This document shows, one piece after another, positions 24,300-35,994 of a stretch of 64,000 nucleotides of DNA. The position numbers were made by a program, and so were the translations under genes. The notes under the pieces are model-generated. The model did no database searches, was not told the origin of the DNA, and saw nothing but the letters and a program-made list of their open reading frames with translations. Position 1 is the first letter of the stretch, and each line of letters begins with the position of its first letter. Source of the stretch: Phoronis australis (Eukaryota > Animalia > Phoronida); NCBI GenBank assembly GCA_002633005.1, contig NMRA01000847.1, positions 52,105-116,104 on the forward strand, written 5' to 3'.

Positions 24300-25186
24300 T
24301 TTCATTTATGTATATATATATCGAGTTGTCTTATCCCTGGAATGCCAACTCCAGCTCATTACCTAAGTACTCTATTACTAAAACTTGTGACTCGGGGAGT
24401 ATCTACTTTGGACGAGTTGAAATAAGTGACAAGTTCCATAGAGAGAACAAATATCCTAACAAACGAATGCAATCACAGCGCAATCTCAGTGGTACAAAAA
24501 TGAAGTTGGCATTCCATGATGGATTTCTGTGTTTTCAGAATGGTAAACAATTGACAAAGAAAGTAGCATATATTGATGTTCAGGAACTTATAGTGACATG
24601 GTCATGACAAGTGTAATGTTACTAGAACTACATTATAAACCTCTAAACTCAACATCAGTTATGGTTTACTTAGGAATTGGTCTCACTGGAGTTGTTAGTG
24701 AGTTTCAAGTGAACACATTCAACAATATTGCTGTTACATAAAAATCTGGACTATTGTCTGAGGTAGAGACTGAATCTCCTGCCCTCTTCTTATACAGTAG
24801 GACTCGTTACATTGGTAGTGCTTCATTGGAAACTAGAAAGGCTAGCATGCATTAATTCCTGTAACGCCTCCAAGTAACTTTGACTTCGATGAAATATCTG
24901 TCTCACTGGCTCCAACTTACCGAGTTCTACTGTAATTCAACAAGACATTAACTACCATGACGTGGCAAAGTACTGAATTTCCACCCAAAAGCTACAGTAT
25001 GCAATAGCTTCAGATGTCTATGACATGGTATAAAACACACAAAATTATACACATGTATAGGAAGTGAGAAATCTGGAGAGAGTGCTTGGACCACTCGCAA
25101 AAAAACTCGCAAGAAAATGTTAGACAGTAGAGTTGGGATTCTGTGCAAATGATTATTCTGTCGTACAATTTGAATGATATTGGCAG

Positions 25187-25529
25187 ACACGAGAAGACTG
25201 ACGACCCATGTATATTTTCATCACTACCAATGTTTTAGGGTTTTTTTTTTAAGCTGTACAGATAGCAATGCTAGAGTATTTATAGTACCAGTATTGGAAA
25301 TCGTGAAACACTTTTGAGCGTGCCATATGGCTGTCCGCTTTGTATAAACCCTGCGACATACTATGTTCTAACATTGAAACATTTCAATGTTACTTCAATA
25401 TAATGACTATAAATATTGTGGCATAGCTTTTAGGTTTATTTGATTAACAGTAAACTGTTGCCGTCCCATATAATGCATCGGTAAGGGGGCGAAAAGGTAC
25501 CTGTGTGGGTCGTCAGTCTTTTCGTGCCC
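25187..25529. mobile_element. MITE nested in the Kolobok element
   Basis: Inverted ends GACACGAGAAGACTGACGACCCA / TGGGTCGTCAGTCTTTTCGTGCC. Confidence 0.65.
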
Positions 25530-25598
25530 CAATATCATTCATTGTCATGTATGTGATGGAAAGAAATATCAGTACTGTCCATTGACAAAACAAGCAGT

Positions 25599-25780
25599 CT
25601 AATTGAATTTGTCTGGATATCGGCTCCTCATCCGTGCCACGGCCTCCTCCTTGGACACGTCTGGAGCACCAGCACTCAGCATTGGAGGGGCGTCAATTTC
25701 CAAACAAATTTCGAGGTCACTGGCTTCTCTTTTATTTCGCAACAAGTGTAACGTATTCTTCCTTACTTCGTTCACATACT
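25599..25780 (-). pseudogene. Last exon of the Kolobok transposase (YVNEVRKN...APPMLSAGAPDVSKEEAVARMRSRYPDKFN*)
   Basis: Acceptor gtgcttttcag. The P-P-x-L-S...KEEAV...SR[YF] tail matches my recollection of Kolobok transposase C-termini, on the same strand as the THAP exon. Confidence 0.65.
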
Positions 25781-26129
25781 CTGAAAAGCACAACTGCAAT
25801 TTAAAGTAAAAATCATTTTGAATCAATGATTTAAGTTAAACACGACGTCACCTAAGTGCAAGTTTTCGCCTACTTTTATAACCTTCAAGCAAAGGCCAAA
25901 ACCAGAGTTAACCCTGTTTTATTTTTGAAGCAGGTTACTTTAATAATCAAAACCGTGCAACTTAAGTACCATCGTTAGAACAGTTCAAACTTTTGTCAGC
26001 ACACCACCATCTATTACTTGGTTGACAAAACCCCACAAAGAACCTCCTGATGCTCAAATACAGTGGTCTCTGAAGCGCACCATAGCCTCGTAGGGGGCTG
26101 GGGGGGGGCGGTAGTAATAGCCGAGATTA

Positions 26130-26205
26130 TCCGACTCAGGAATCGAACCCACGACCCCCATAAAACCGGCAAGCGTGCTAACCATTCAGCTAATAGGCAA
26201 TTTCC
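26130..26205 (-). mobile_element. tRNA-derived SINE head
   Basis: Minus strand TAGCTGAATGG (A box) and GGTTCGATTCC (B box). Confidence 0.55.
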
Positions 26206-26719
26206 CATTAGCGAGTAGCTAACAGAGGCTCATATGATTCACCGGAAGCACATCTACAACAGGGCTATAGTACATGTATGTAGTTACTTCAGAGCTGGGC
26301 CGCCCATCGGCATGGGCGGTGTGCACCATAGGGGGCTGATGGTATTGTCCCCCCAAGTGCTGCTCTCCCCATAGTACCAGGTGTATATCTCCACTCTAAT
26401 TTGGCTGAAGACAATGATTCTCAAAAATATGATACCCTAAATGATCCTTACTGACTTCGCGTGACTTGACTTTGAGAACCATCAGCAAATGAAATTGCAT
26501 TGGGTCAACATGATGCTCAACTAGCGCTGCTACACACACAACACCAAGAACAGTTGAATCAACAAATAGCCTACTGGGCAACATTCCAAAGAAATACCAC
26601 CGGCAACACTCAGCAATTGTTGACCGCGAGAACTATGGTGATTGCGAAAAAAGATCGTTATAGTTCAAGCACTGAGAAAGCGTCATGGATATAAGCCATA
26701 AATTATGAAGATAACTTAC

Positions 26720-26966
26720 CTTTTCACAAGACCAGCTTCAAACTTCATGATATGTTTGTCGTCGAAGCAGCCGTCCTCAAAGTGGTCGGAGCATATTTCG
26801 GCTCCGACAGACTGGCCGACTCGACAGTCATTTTACAATGACGAGCAGTGCACACGAAAACGTGCCATTTTGCAGCCAGATGCTTGTCTTTGGGAAACCT
26901 AAATAGGGTCACGCCTTCCACCTGGCTGGTGTTAGCACAGTTGGCGCACACACACCGATGTACCAT
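26720..26966 (-). pseudogene. First exon of the Kolobok transposase: THAP domain, frameshifted
   Basis: MVHRCVCANCAN...LFRFPKDKHLAAKW in one frame and EICSDHFEDGCFD in another, completing the C2CH signature. Donor AAG|gtaagt at 26720/26719. Confidence 0.85.
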
Positions 26967-29900
26967 GTCTAAATCACGCCAAGATTGAACGCTCCTTGTT
27001 CGTCTTCCACTGTTTTGTATGGGCGGTAAACTGCATTGTGGGATATTGATCTAGTTTGTGTTCCCCAACACCATGTCACGGTGTCAAAGGTCAACTTTTC
27101 GCGGATTTTTTTTAATTTTCGCTTTTTAACGTAACTACAGACACAATAACATGATAATTGGAAGAAGATATATCCAACTAACAATATCTTGAAAATATTA
27201 TTACAATTTAACATACTTAGACCTTGCAATTTACACTTTAAGGGCGGGGATGGATAGGAACGGTTCGAAATAATGTGTGTTAGCGGGGCTGATTTCTTAG
27301 TGAGCACACAGTTACATGTGCACGATGTGGGGATGCTACAAAACGCCAACCAGTGCCTGGTGCTTGATCGGGCTGACTTCAGATCCGTGAGAGAGGAGTA
27401 TCGTGCGTGAGAGACGAATATTTGTACGTTGGCAATTCCGTACGATGCACAGGTGAGGAACTGAGTCTGTGTTCTTTGCTTTTTACATTATGGCGTTCTC
27501 CCGTTGAGTCTAACTTGTTAAGTTGTATATCACAACAAGTTGGGCGGATGACAGCTGTAGCCAATATCTTACACGGACGACTTATTAAGTCCATTCTGGC
27601 AATTAGGGTTGAAGGGTCAGCTCTCTGTTGTTCGATTATTGCTCTAATCTCCGATAAGATCATATTTTATATCCTCACTGGGCTGTGCTGTTAAAAATAA
27701 GTTAAGTTATAAAATGTTTGAACATAAACAATATACATTTCTGAAATGCCTATCAAATGCTTGATATGGTTATAGTTTTTGAATCACCAAAATCGCCCAA
27801 CTACAACCGAAGTTAAGACAATCTACGAACCAACGCTCTGGGTTTGACTGTGTTCACATGTGATCGGTAATAAGCCTGGTAGATAATTTATCTCCATGTT
27901 GCCCTACCAGACAAAAGACTATACTCGGAGCTAGATGTTATCACATGCTCACAACTGAACGGGAGAACGCCCCGATGAACTTTAAAAACCCGTCATTTAT
28001 TTATGCGTCCCCAATGAGGCCATTTTTCACAATAGTTCCCATTAAAAGCGACCCGGATCATATTTTAATTTTACAAAGTTTCCCGGGTCATTGTTCAACA
28101 CTCAGTGAAAAAGCTTACTGGGGCACCACGAAAGAAAGTCCCGAGTGAGCGGCACGTCTCCTGGATATTATGTATTTGCATCGAGCGACACGGATTAAAA
28201 CATAAATTTGCGCGATTCTAGTGAAAAAAATAAAACGTTCGCAGTGGATTGACAGACGTGAAGCCGCTTAAGCATCTCAAGAGTCTGCCACTGGTTGCAT
28301 CTCCTAATAGTTTGACACTTTCCCCGTCGACTGATTAACTCTTAAAAAACGCATGTAAGTGCTATATTACATGCTTTTTGTGTTTCTGGAAAAAATCACA
28401 CTCATCGGCCTCTTTATTTGTTAGATATCGCGCTTTGAAAAAAAAAACAATTTAACTCGTTTGTTTACACGGCAATTAGCCGTGTCACGTGACTAGTAGC
28501 ACTCTGCAATATGGCGTCAAGTTGTCAGCTGCAGTAGCGCGTGCGCCCGGTCTATAGTATTAGATGTCAATGGACAACACACTTGCAGATCATTAATGTG
28601 GCGTGAAACTGTATACTTTTGTATGGAGAGGAAACAGTGAATTTTCGCCTCTTATTATCAACATTCCAGCAGAAAGGGATCTACCGAACGCTACACATGA
28701 TACTTCCTCGGACGCTTAGGCGCATCTAAACTGACGCCTCAGCCAAAGTAGGGGAGTTTTGTACTCAAATTTTAAGTCCTTCTCTCACGCGTTGTTAACC
28801 CTTATTACATGGTTAGAAGATGTTATAAGGATCCAAGAAGTACCTACCCCATACCTAAAACACGATCCGTACTCGAAAAAAGTTTAAATGAACGCGCCAC
28901 TCACGATTCGCACCCGAAGAACCACCGCCATTTTGAACTTGCCGGGAACCCGGAAGTACAATTCATTCAGGAACCAAGGCTAAGAAAACGCCGTCAGTCT
29001 GAGTGCCTGTTACCAGCCTGCAAACGGGGATAAAATAATCGACAGCGCGCCTTAATTTTAATAAAATCAAAATACGGACAATTTTATCGAATTTGGTGAA
29101 GAAATGTGGCGAATAAATTTTGACAGAAATTATTTTGCCAGACTCGGGACCGCAGCCTACCGGACCCGGTGCCGGTCGAGACCACAGACACTGGCGAACA
29201 CATGCGGTTGCAAGCTGTTTTGTCGAAGGAAAATGGTCAAATCATAAATGCTGCATATATTCAAGGGTAGTTTCAGACACTTGCATGAAATTACGGGCTG
29301 TTTAGTCCTGTGTCACACTGCCGCGGCAGACCTTAGTTAGCCTCATGAGTGCCAGCTACCAGTGAAGACTATCGTCAAAATACAGTTTGTTAGTAGGCCT
29401 ATACAGCTTTGAGCCAAGGCTACCCTTAGGCCTAACTGGTCGCTGGCCGCAGCGCTCGCTCAAACGAGGTTTATTTAGAACTTGGGTATATCTGGCGAAC
29501 TGTGCGAAGTTATTGGCTTTCAATAGAGATTTTCCCAGACTTTGTATGAGCGCACCAAGCCTAAAAGAATGGGGGGGGGGGGGNATCTTTTACTATAAGA
29601 TTCAGTGGGTATGTTCAGAGCTATGAATTTCAGACGCTAAATTTTGGTACTTCCTGTCTTCTAGTGGAATTTTGTCTCATTTTCTACTTTTTTCGGAATT
29701 CGGGCTTCTCTGACTGAGGCAGACCTTTTTCCAGTTCTCCAAAAAAGGAGCTCGTTAGAGCACATAAGTATGAGAAGTCCAATACAAAATGTTATCATTA
29801 TTATTCATTAAACCAAAATAATTCAAATTTTTAACATAATACGTAACTTAAAATGTACAATACTTTACAACATTTAGCATTACAAACACTATTCAACAGC

Positions 29901-32900
29901 AAGTTTCCATGATATGAAAGTGGACATACAGGTAACTATTACCTTGGTGACGGAATAGTGTTTCCTTACACCAGAATTTGACAAGCATCATTTAAAAGAA
30001 TATGAAGTTGCAAGGAACAAGAATTAGAGGCTTGAAGCTTCACAATCCAACATAGCTTATTTTTCAAATTAAGGTTATTCATATTGTTGACCTGATAACC
30101 TGAATTAAGAAGCAATAAGTTACAAAACATGGCTTGAAAGCAATTGAGACTTAAAATTTAGAAAAATATGAATCATTTTGTGTCACCGAATCAAGTCCTT
30201 AACAGCAGTTGACAGTCAAACAAAAAACCATTTCAAAATTATTTCAACTATTTTTTTAGCTTAGTGTAAGATCACCTGAATGGGAAATTTACAGTAAAAT
30301 AATTCGAATACATCTTATATTTTTGCACAAAATCACGAAAATTGAACAAAGTTTCTTCTTTGTAGCAACGTTTGTCAAAATGTATCAACGTTAAATCTTC
30401 ACAAATTACAAAGTAGCCGATTGGACCTGCCTTTTAGTTCAGCAAAAGTCGCCATGTTGTCGGTGCCGCCAGAAATGAGACGAAGTCCAACGGGAATTGT
30501 GAGCACATTTATCACTTAATGAGTAACAACTGCGAGGCTGAAATTTGGTGAACACTGTTAAATCGTGCAGAATAGTAAGTAAAGTTATGTCTAACTAAAT
30601 TTCACCGTAATTTGTTGGCGAAAACAGTTTACACAAATTTTTGAACTCGTAACTTATCCAGCTGTCCTCCAATATGGCCGACACGATCCAAACAAAGTGA
30701 CCCAAATTTCGCCAAAAATTGCAATATCTATACACTGGTTGCCCCGATTTTGATACTTTTCGATTTTACTGAGTAGAATGCATTACCTTTCCGATGAAAG
30801 CAAAGTACTTTTTCAAAACGAGAAAAAAAATAAAACCGAAAAAAAAATTGGTTCGACTCATATTGGTTCCTAGGTTCGACCGGCCTACGTAAGGAACTAA
30901 ACACCAATGCTATTTTAACATACTAAGTACGAGTAACATTCCAAAAAAATCAACGACCACTAACTACAAACTTTAAATACAATACATATGCAAACGAATC
31001 CCGAGATATTACTAATAAAACAAAATAATGAAGACTTTTCGAGCAAGCGATAGCACATTCAGTTACAAGGAAAAAATGGCGGCGTTCAGGAAAAGTTCCT
31101 GAACTGATGAGCCGGAAATGTGGGTACGGAAATAACCGATGACAACCGGTAATCATACGCTCAGAGAGAAGGGTCAAATACTGTTCAAAAATGCTTTTGG
31201 CAAGAAAGGCGAAAAGAATATAAAGAAAGGGTGTCGAAAATAAGATTTTATGTAGTAAGTATTTTCGGATACTGGAACCACATGGCCAGTTTGAGAGAAG
31301 GACTTTAAATCAAAATCAACATAGGGCGCATCCTGATCAGCAACGAATGCAATTCACTGTAGTCCATCCATTCGTTTGTTCATTCGTTCGTTCGCTTGAT
31401 CGTTGCTTCAATCACATATTCATTGTAATTATGAATGCAGGCACTCAAATACGACAAATCTGTTGTCGGAACACACCGGCGGATCAAGCGCGAGGGGATT
31501 GATAATTGCCGCGTTTCTCGAAGTAAAACCGCCGAGTAAACCAGACGGTTTCGATAGATGGCGTCGTCACATTATGGAAATAGGCCATGATTTTTTGTGT
31601 CACCAGTTCCAGGCTTCGCAACGTCTTTGTCAACTGTTTCAAGCTTAAATTTGCTCAGGAGTTTGTTCTGGCTTTTGGACAATAGGGGCAACATATTTTC
31701 CAAACAAATTCCATTTAAAGGGTTTGAAAGTAAACAAGCACCACTTCATGACGCATAATAAAGGATATCCGAATGTTCTTGTGTGCAACGACAGACAATA
31801 ACGTCAATGAAAAAACTGTGGCAAATTACCAGTAGTGTGAGTAATGGGTTGGGCAAACAGAACATAATTCAAAAGGCGGAAGAATAGCATAGCTGAAAAA
31901 ATGTAATACACCTAGTCTTGTCTACAAACTTGGAAGCCTACCAGGGCCCAAGGTACTTGAGCATCCACTAGAAGATTTGTGGCATAGCACAATTCCAGTA
32001 AATTTCACCCTGTTGCTTAAGGCGATCAACACGTCGTATTAAATAGAATGCTTTTGCATATGACAAGATTTGGACATTACAGCCGGAGCCCGTAACTTCA
32101 TTGTTACTTTGTCAGCTCAACTATGTTTAAATTTTGAGTTGGTTCATTCTCAAATTTTCAACAATGGTTTTCGAGAAATGAACACCTAAGCTTTCCAGAT
32201 ATCAACAAAGGTCAAGCATGGAACTCACAATAGAAGAAGGTAACACAACCAGTGAGTAATAGTAGTGAACATACTCTTGTATCCACTTTATTTAGCTTTG
32301 ATAATAAATAAATTTCAGTGACGTTGACACCACCATTGGCTAGGTTTGGACTAACTGACTTCTGGTGACCACGACCCTTTTCCAAAATGAGGATTTTCTC
32401 TTAACACAACAAGTATTGCTTAAATAGTGCTGGATCGTCTAAAATTTTGTCATTCATTGCAACAGGGGATTTGTCTGTATATCGTTTTCATATTTTTGTA
32501 ATATAACGTCTTCCGTCATACAGACCAACCAAATGTCTTGGTCGTTATAGCCGCCTGAAAGGGCAAAGTAAGTGAAAGGTTATGTCGGACCCTCGAAAAA
32601 TGGCTACATTTGGCAAACATTACAACTCAGATATTACTGATTTGATTCAAATAAAACATTAAGATAAAATGCTTGCACTGTTCTCCATAATCGTGTTAGG
32701 AATTGTTTTAAAGTTATCCTCTTTTTCATGAGGGTGCAGTACCAAACATGTGACTTTCAGGTTTTCTATGAAAAAGCTCAAATGATGCTTGACATGAAAA
32801 TTTAGAAAACTGTAACAGGTTTTGTGATCTCATCTTGAATATTTACATCGAAATTTGGACGTATTATTACTATGTCGATTCGCTAAAAGTAATCTAAGTT

Positions 32901-32969
32901 GTACACCTCATGTCTTCCTTATTTATCCAGTAAAACTCTTTGTATTTCTAAGGACAACTCTTCCTTTCT

Positions 32970-33135
32970 TGACCCCTATTCTGTCGTAGAACACCTTCAC
33001 AACGGGACAAAGGCAAAATAAGTGTGCCGATGCTTCACCTTCTTCATTACAAAAGTATGCAAGTTGTTGAGAGAAAAGCCAATACGCTTCAAAAAGTGTT
33101 TGTCGACAATTTCTGTGCATAATTTTCAGTGTGCA
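32970..33135 (-). mobile_element. L1/Tx1-type LINE ORF2 C-terminal zinc-knuckle remnant
   Basis: KIMHR...YFCNEEGEASAHLFCLCPVVKVFY matches the C-x2-C...E-x3-HLF-x2-C...FW pattern. Confidence 0.55.
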
Positions 33136-33689
33136 ACCACCCGAGTCGAACATCTGAACCCAAATAATGCTTTATACGTTATAGTTAATTAAAACAAATG
33201 TGACATCAGAATATAGATGAAATAAAAAGACTCAAAAAAATCATAGATTTCGGAGACGTGCCTGTGGCACAGTCAAAGTAAACACCAGGTTCGAATCTCG
33301 ATGAAGTAATTGCAACTTTAAGAAAAACAGGCTACCATAGTAGCGTTCAGTACTGCGATTTATTGACTCCAAGATATTTGTGAAAATCAAGAGGCCAGAG
33401 ATCTAATTGTTTCACTCAAATTCGAACTCGAAACTAGTTTTCGCATTTTCTAGCATTCTTCACCAATGACCCAGCGAACTCAAAATCACTGTCACTGCTG
33501 CTAATGGTAGTACATTATGGCTCACATGGAAACCTTATCTAATCAAATTCTAGTTTGCACTTGATGGTCCTATCATTACGGCTTAAAGCTGAATCTTACG
33601 GTCATCAAGCGCCATGAACCATAAAGCTCGAGATCCATTTCGAGTACCAATAATAGTCCCATTAGTTTTAGGCCAAAACAGAAGCACAG

Positions 33690-34135
33690 TTTTCAAGATG
33701 AGTGCGTATGTAAATACAGACATGTTAAACTCGACGTTTCGGATTATTACTTAAACCATTTTCAAGACGACAAAGTGGAAAACAAACTGTGTAGGTATAC
33801 GTCAAAATGCATTGCGAGAGGAGACTAGAAATCAAAACAGTTGGAGCTCAAATGAATGTTCCTATTGAGATAACGCTCAGCATGGTTCTACTGTATATGC
33901 ATAGCCTCCTTTATGAGGGAGCCTCAGGGTGGCATTATCCTTGTCTACGATCTGAACACCAGAGCAATCTATAGTGTGACCAGATGCCTATCAGTGGTTG
34001 AGAGCAGCACTGTGTGTGTCTTACAGAGCTCTTTGACTCTGATGCTTAGAATCCTGTAGGTCATTCCAATGTGAAACTGTTCACATTCATTACAGTTGAG
34101 TTGGTACAAAACATGACTTCTTTGAGAATTTTCTC
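33690..34135 (-). mobile_element. Penelope-like element 3' fragment (GIY-YIG endonuclease plus hammerhead-like tail)
   Basis: VLYQLNCNECEQFHIGMTYRILSIRVKE...GHTID...LIKEAMHI...LNRN, followed by TTGAAAA-TGGTTT..ATCC-GAAACGTCG. Confidence 0.8.
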
Positions 34136-34249
34136 AATCGTGTTTTTAGTCTAGACAATGAAAAAAGTCCGTTTACAGGTTTGAAGATTGTTACGTGTTG
34201 CAAACATGGAGCAATAGTTCCAAGCACTCTGTGATGTACCAACTCAGAC

Positions 34250-34612
34250 AGGATTCTTAGCATCAGAGTCGAAGAACACTGTAAAGACCCACACAGTGCT
34301 GTTCTCAGTCAGTCATTGACAACTGGTCACACTATAGATTGCTCTAGTGTTCAGGATAACTCCACCCTAAGGCTCCTCATAAAGGAGGCTATGCATATAC
34401 GGTTGAACCATGCTGAGCGCCATCTCAATAGCAACATTGGCTCCTTTCAGTTTGAGCTTTACATGTAACTGTTTTGATTTCTAGTCTCATCTCACAATGC
34501 ATTTTGACGTAAACCTTCACAGTTCGTTTTCCACTTGTGTCGCCTTGAAAATGGTTTGAGTAATAAACCGAAACGTCGGGTTTAACATGTCTGTATTTAC
34601 TTACGCGCTCTT
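34250..34612 (+). mobile_element. Penelope-like element 3' fragment, inverted relative to 33690-34135
   Basis: RILSIRVEEHCKDPHSAV...GHTIDCS...LLIKEAMHIRLNHAERHLNSN, followed by CTTGAAAA-TGGTTT-GAGTAAT-AAACC-GAAACGTCG at ~34544-34578. Confidence 0.8.
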
Positions 34613-34840
34613 CTTAAAATTCGTGCAAGAATAGTCTCCGACATATGAATGGAGACGAAATTTTGTTTTCAGTGATATTGCAAGATAAGGGTTGGAGCTC
34701 CTCGACTTTCATACTTAGTGGTAATCGTTATATGTCTGAGGCAATAAAATGTTGTGAATTGTCATCGTTCTCGAACTGTCCTTGCATAAATACTAATATG
34801 GACTCCATGCCAATTTTTCCCAGATAAAGACAAAACTTAC

Positions 34841-35060
34841 CCAAGGGCAGTCTCTCAAATTTTTGCTGTGATGTCAGAGGGAGATAGTACACTCTCGAGG
34901 ACCTGTTGTCTATAATTTTCAACCTTTTCTCGGTAACCGTGTCGTAAACCAACAAGTTTGCATCAGTGGGAACCACGACCATCTTGTTACAAGTGAGCGG
35001 CTGCTTGGTGCTGACGACTAACGGCACTTTGTGCTGTGCAAGGACCTTATTTAACTCCAT
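34841..35060 (-). CDS. CABIT-domain protein, first coding exon (MELNKVLAQHKVPLVV...YYLPLTSQQKFERLPL)
   Basis: ATG at 35060 with an upstream in-frame stop. Donor G|gtaagt, phase 1, matches exon 2 (G+AT=Asp). Confidence 0.75.
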
Positions 35061-35403
35061 TCCGTTCCAGAGGTGTTTCAGTAGACGAAACAGGTCAGTT
35101 ACCAGGACTCAAGTCAGTTTACTTGACTAGGTTATTCCATAAAAGTCAAGGATTGTTTATATTCGACGTCGGTGTATCAAGTCTTGCGATGCCCAGTCAA
35201 GCGCAATGTATTCATTTGTGCCGTATGACGCACGCTCTCTTCACGTCAAAGTTCCCTCGTTGTCTTGTCAGCAATGCAGTTTTGTTGCCCTAAAAAGCTT
35301 CGAGTTACGTATTGGCGAATAGCGTAGTTGTGAACGCCTATTTCGAGTACATGTACGTATCTGTGCAAAATAGGTTGCCGGTAATACGGCGGGGTCACAA
35401 TAC

Positions 35404-35994
35404 CCCAGTAAACATGCAGGTACTGGGCCAATACTGGCCCTGAAATGTCTTCTGTATTGGCCCAATGATGTAGGCCAGTACTGGCCCAATAACATTCTGC
35501 ACACCTTCCCCGTATTGGCCCCGATACAAGATTGCGGTATCGAGCCAGTAAAGGACCAGTACCACACCATTGCTGGGCCAGTACACCAATAACCGGTTTC
35601 GGCCCTGTAAAGGGCCAGTATTGACAGATTGTGTTGGCCCAGTACAGGGCCATTGATGGGCTCCTATTAAGCCAGTACACTAGCTGTGACTTACAAGAAG
35701 AAAAGACTCTTGTTCTTTAATACTTTTATTACTATGAAACTGCTCAGGTAAAATACTTACAAAAAATTANAAAGTTTTCGCCTTCCTGTGGGCAAGTCTC
35801 TAACTGCCCTCTTGTGTTCAAGTCTGTGTTTATCGGTGCAGTACCGGCGAGCCGCTAAGGGAAAGTTCACTGGGTTAGTGTCGTGGGAACGGTACTGGGC
35901 CATTCGTGGCCCAGAAACGTAAACCGGTATACGGTACAAGCGTTATCAAGCAACAGAAATCCAGTACTGGGCCAATACTGTCATGTTTACTGGG
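35404..35994. mobile_element. Non-autonomous element with CCC termini and 2-bp TSD (EnSpm/CMC-like)
   Basis: 13-bp TIR CCCAGTAAACATG / CATGTTTACTGGG flanked by AC on both sides, with many subterminal ACTGGCCC/GGGCCAGT repeats. Confidence 0.75.

Larger units (their letters stand above)
22264..27237 (-). mobile_element. Kolobok-superfamily DNA transposon, internally deleted
   Basis: Perfect 19-bp TIR AGTGTAAATTGCAAGGTCT / AGACCTTGCAATTTACACT and TTAA duplications at 22260-22263 and 27238-27241. Contains convergent KolX and THAP-transposase remnants. Confidence 0.9.

Noticed and set aside
35246-35680. Trp/Tyr-rich ORFs (YWA/YWP repeats)
   Set aside because: Translations of ACTGGCCC subterminal repeats of a MITE.
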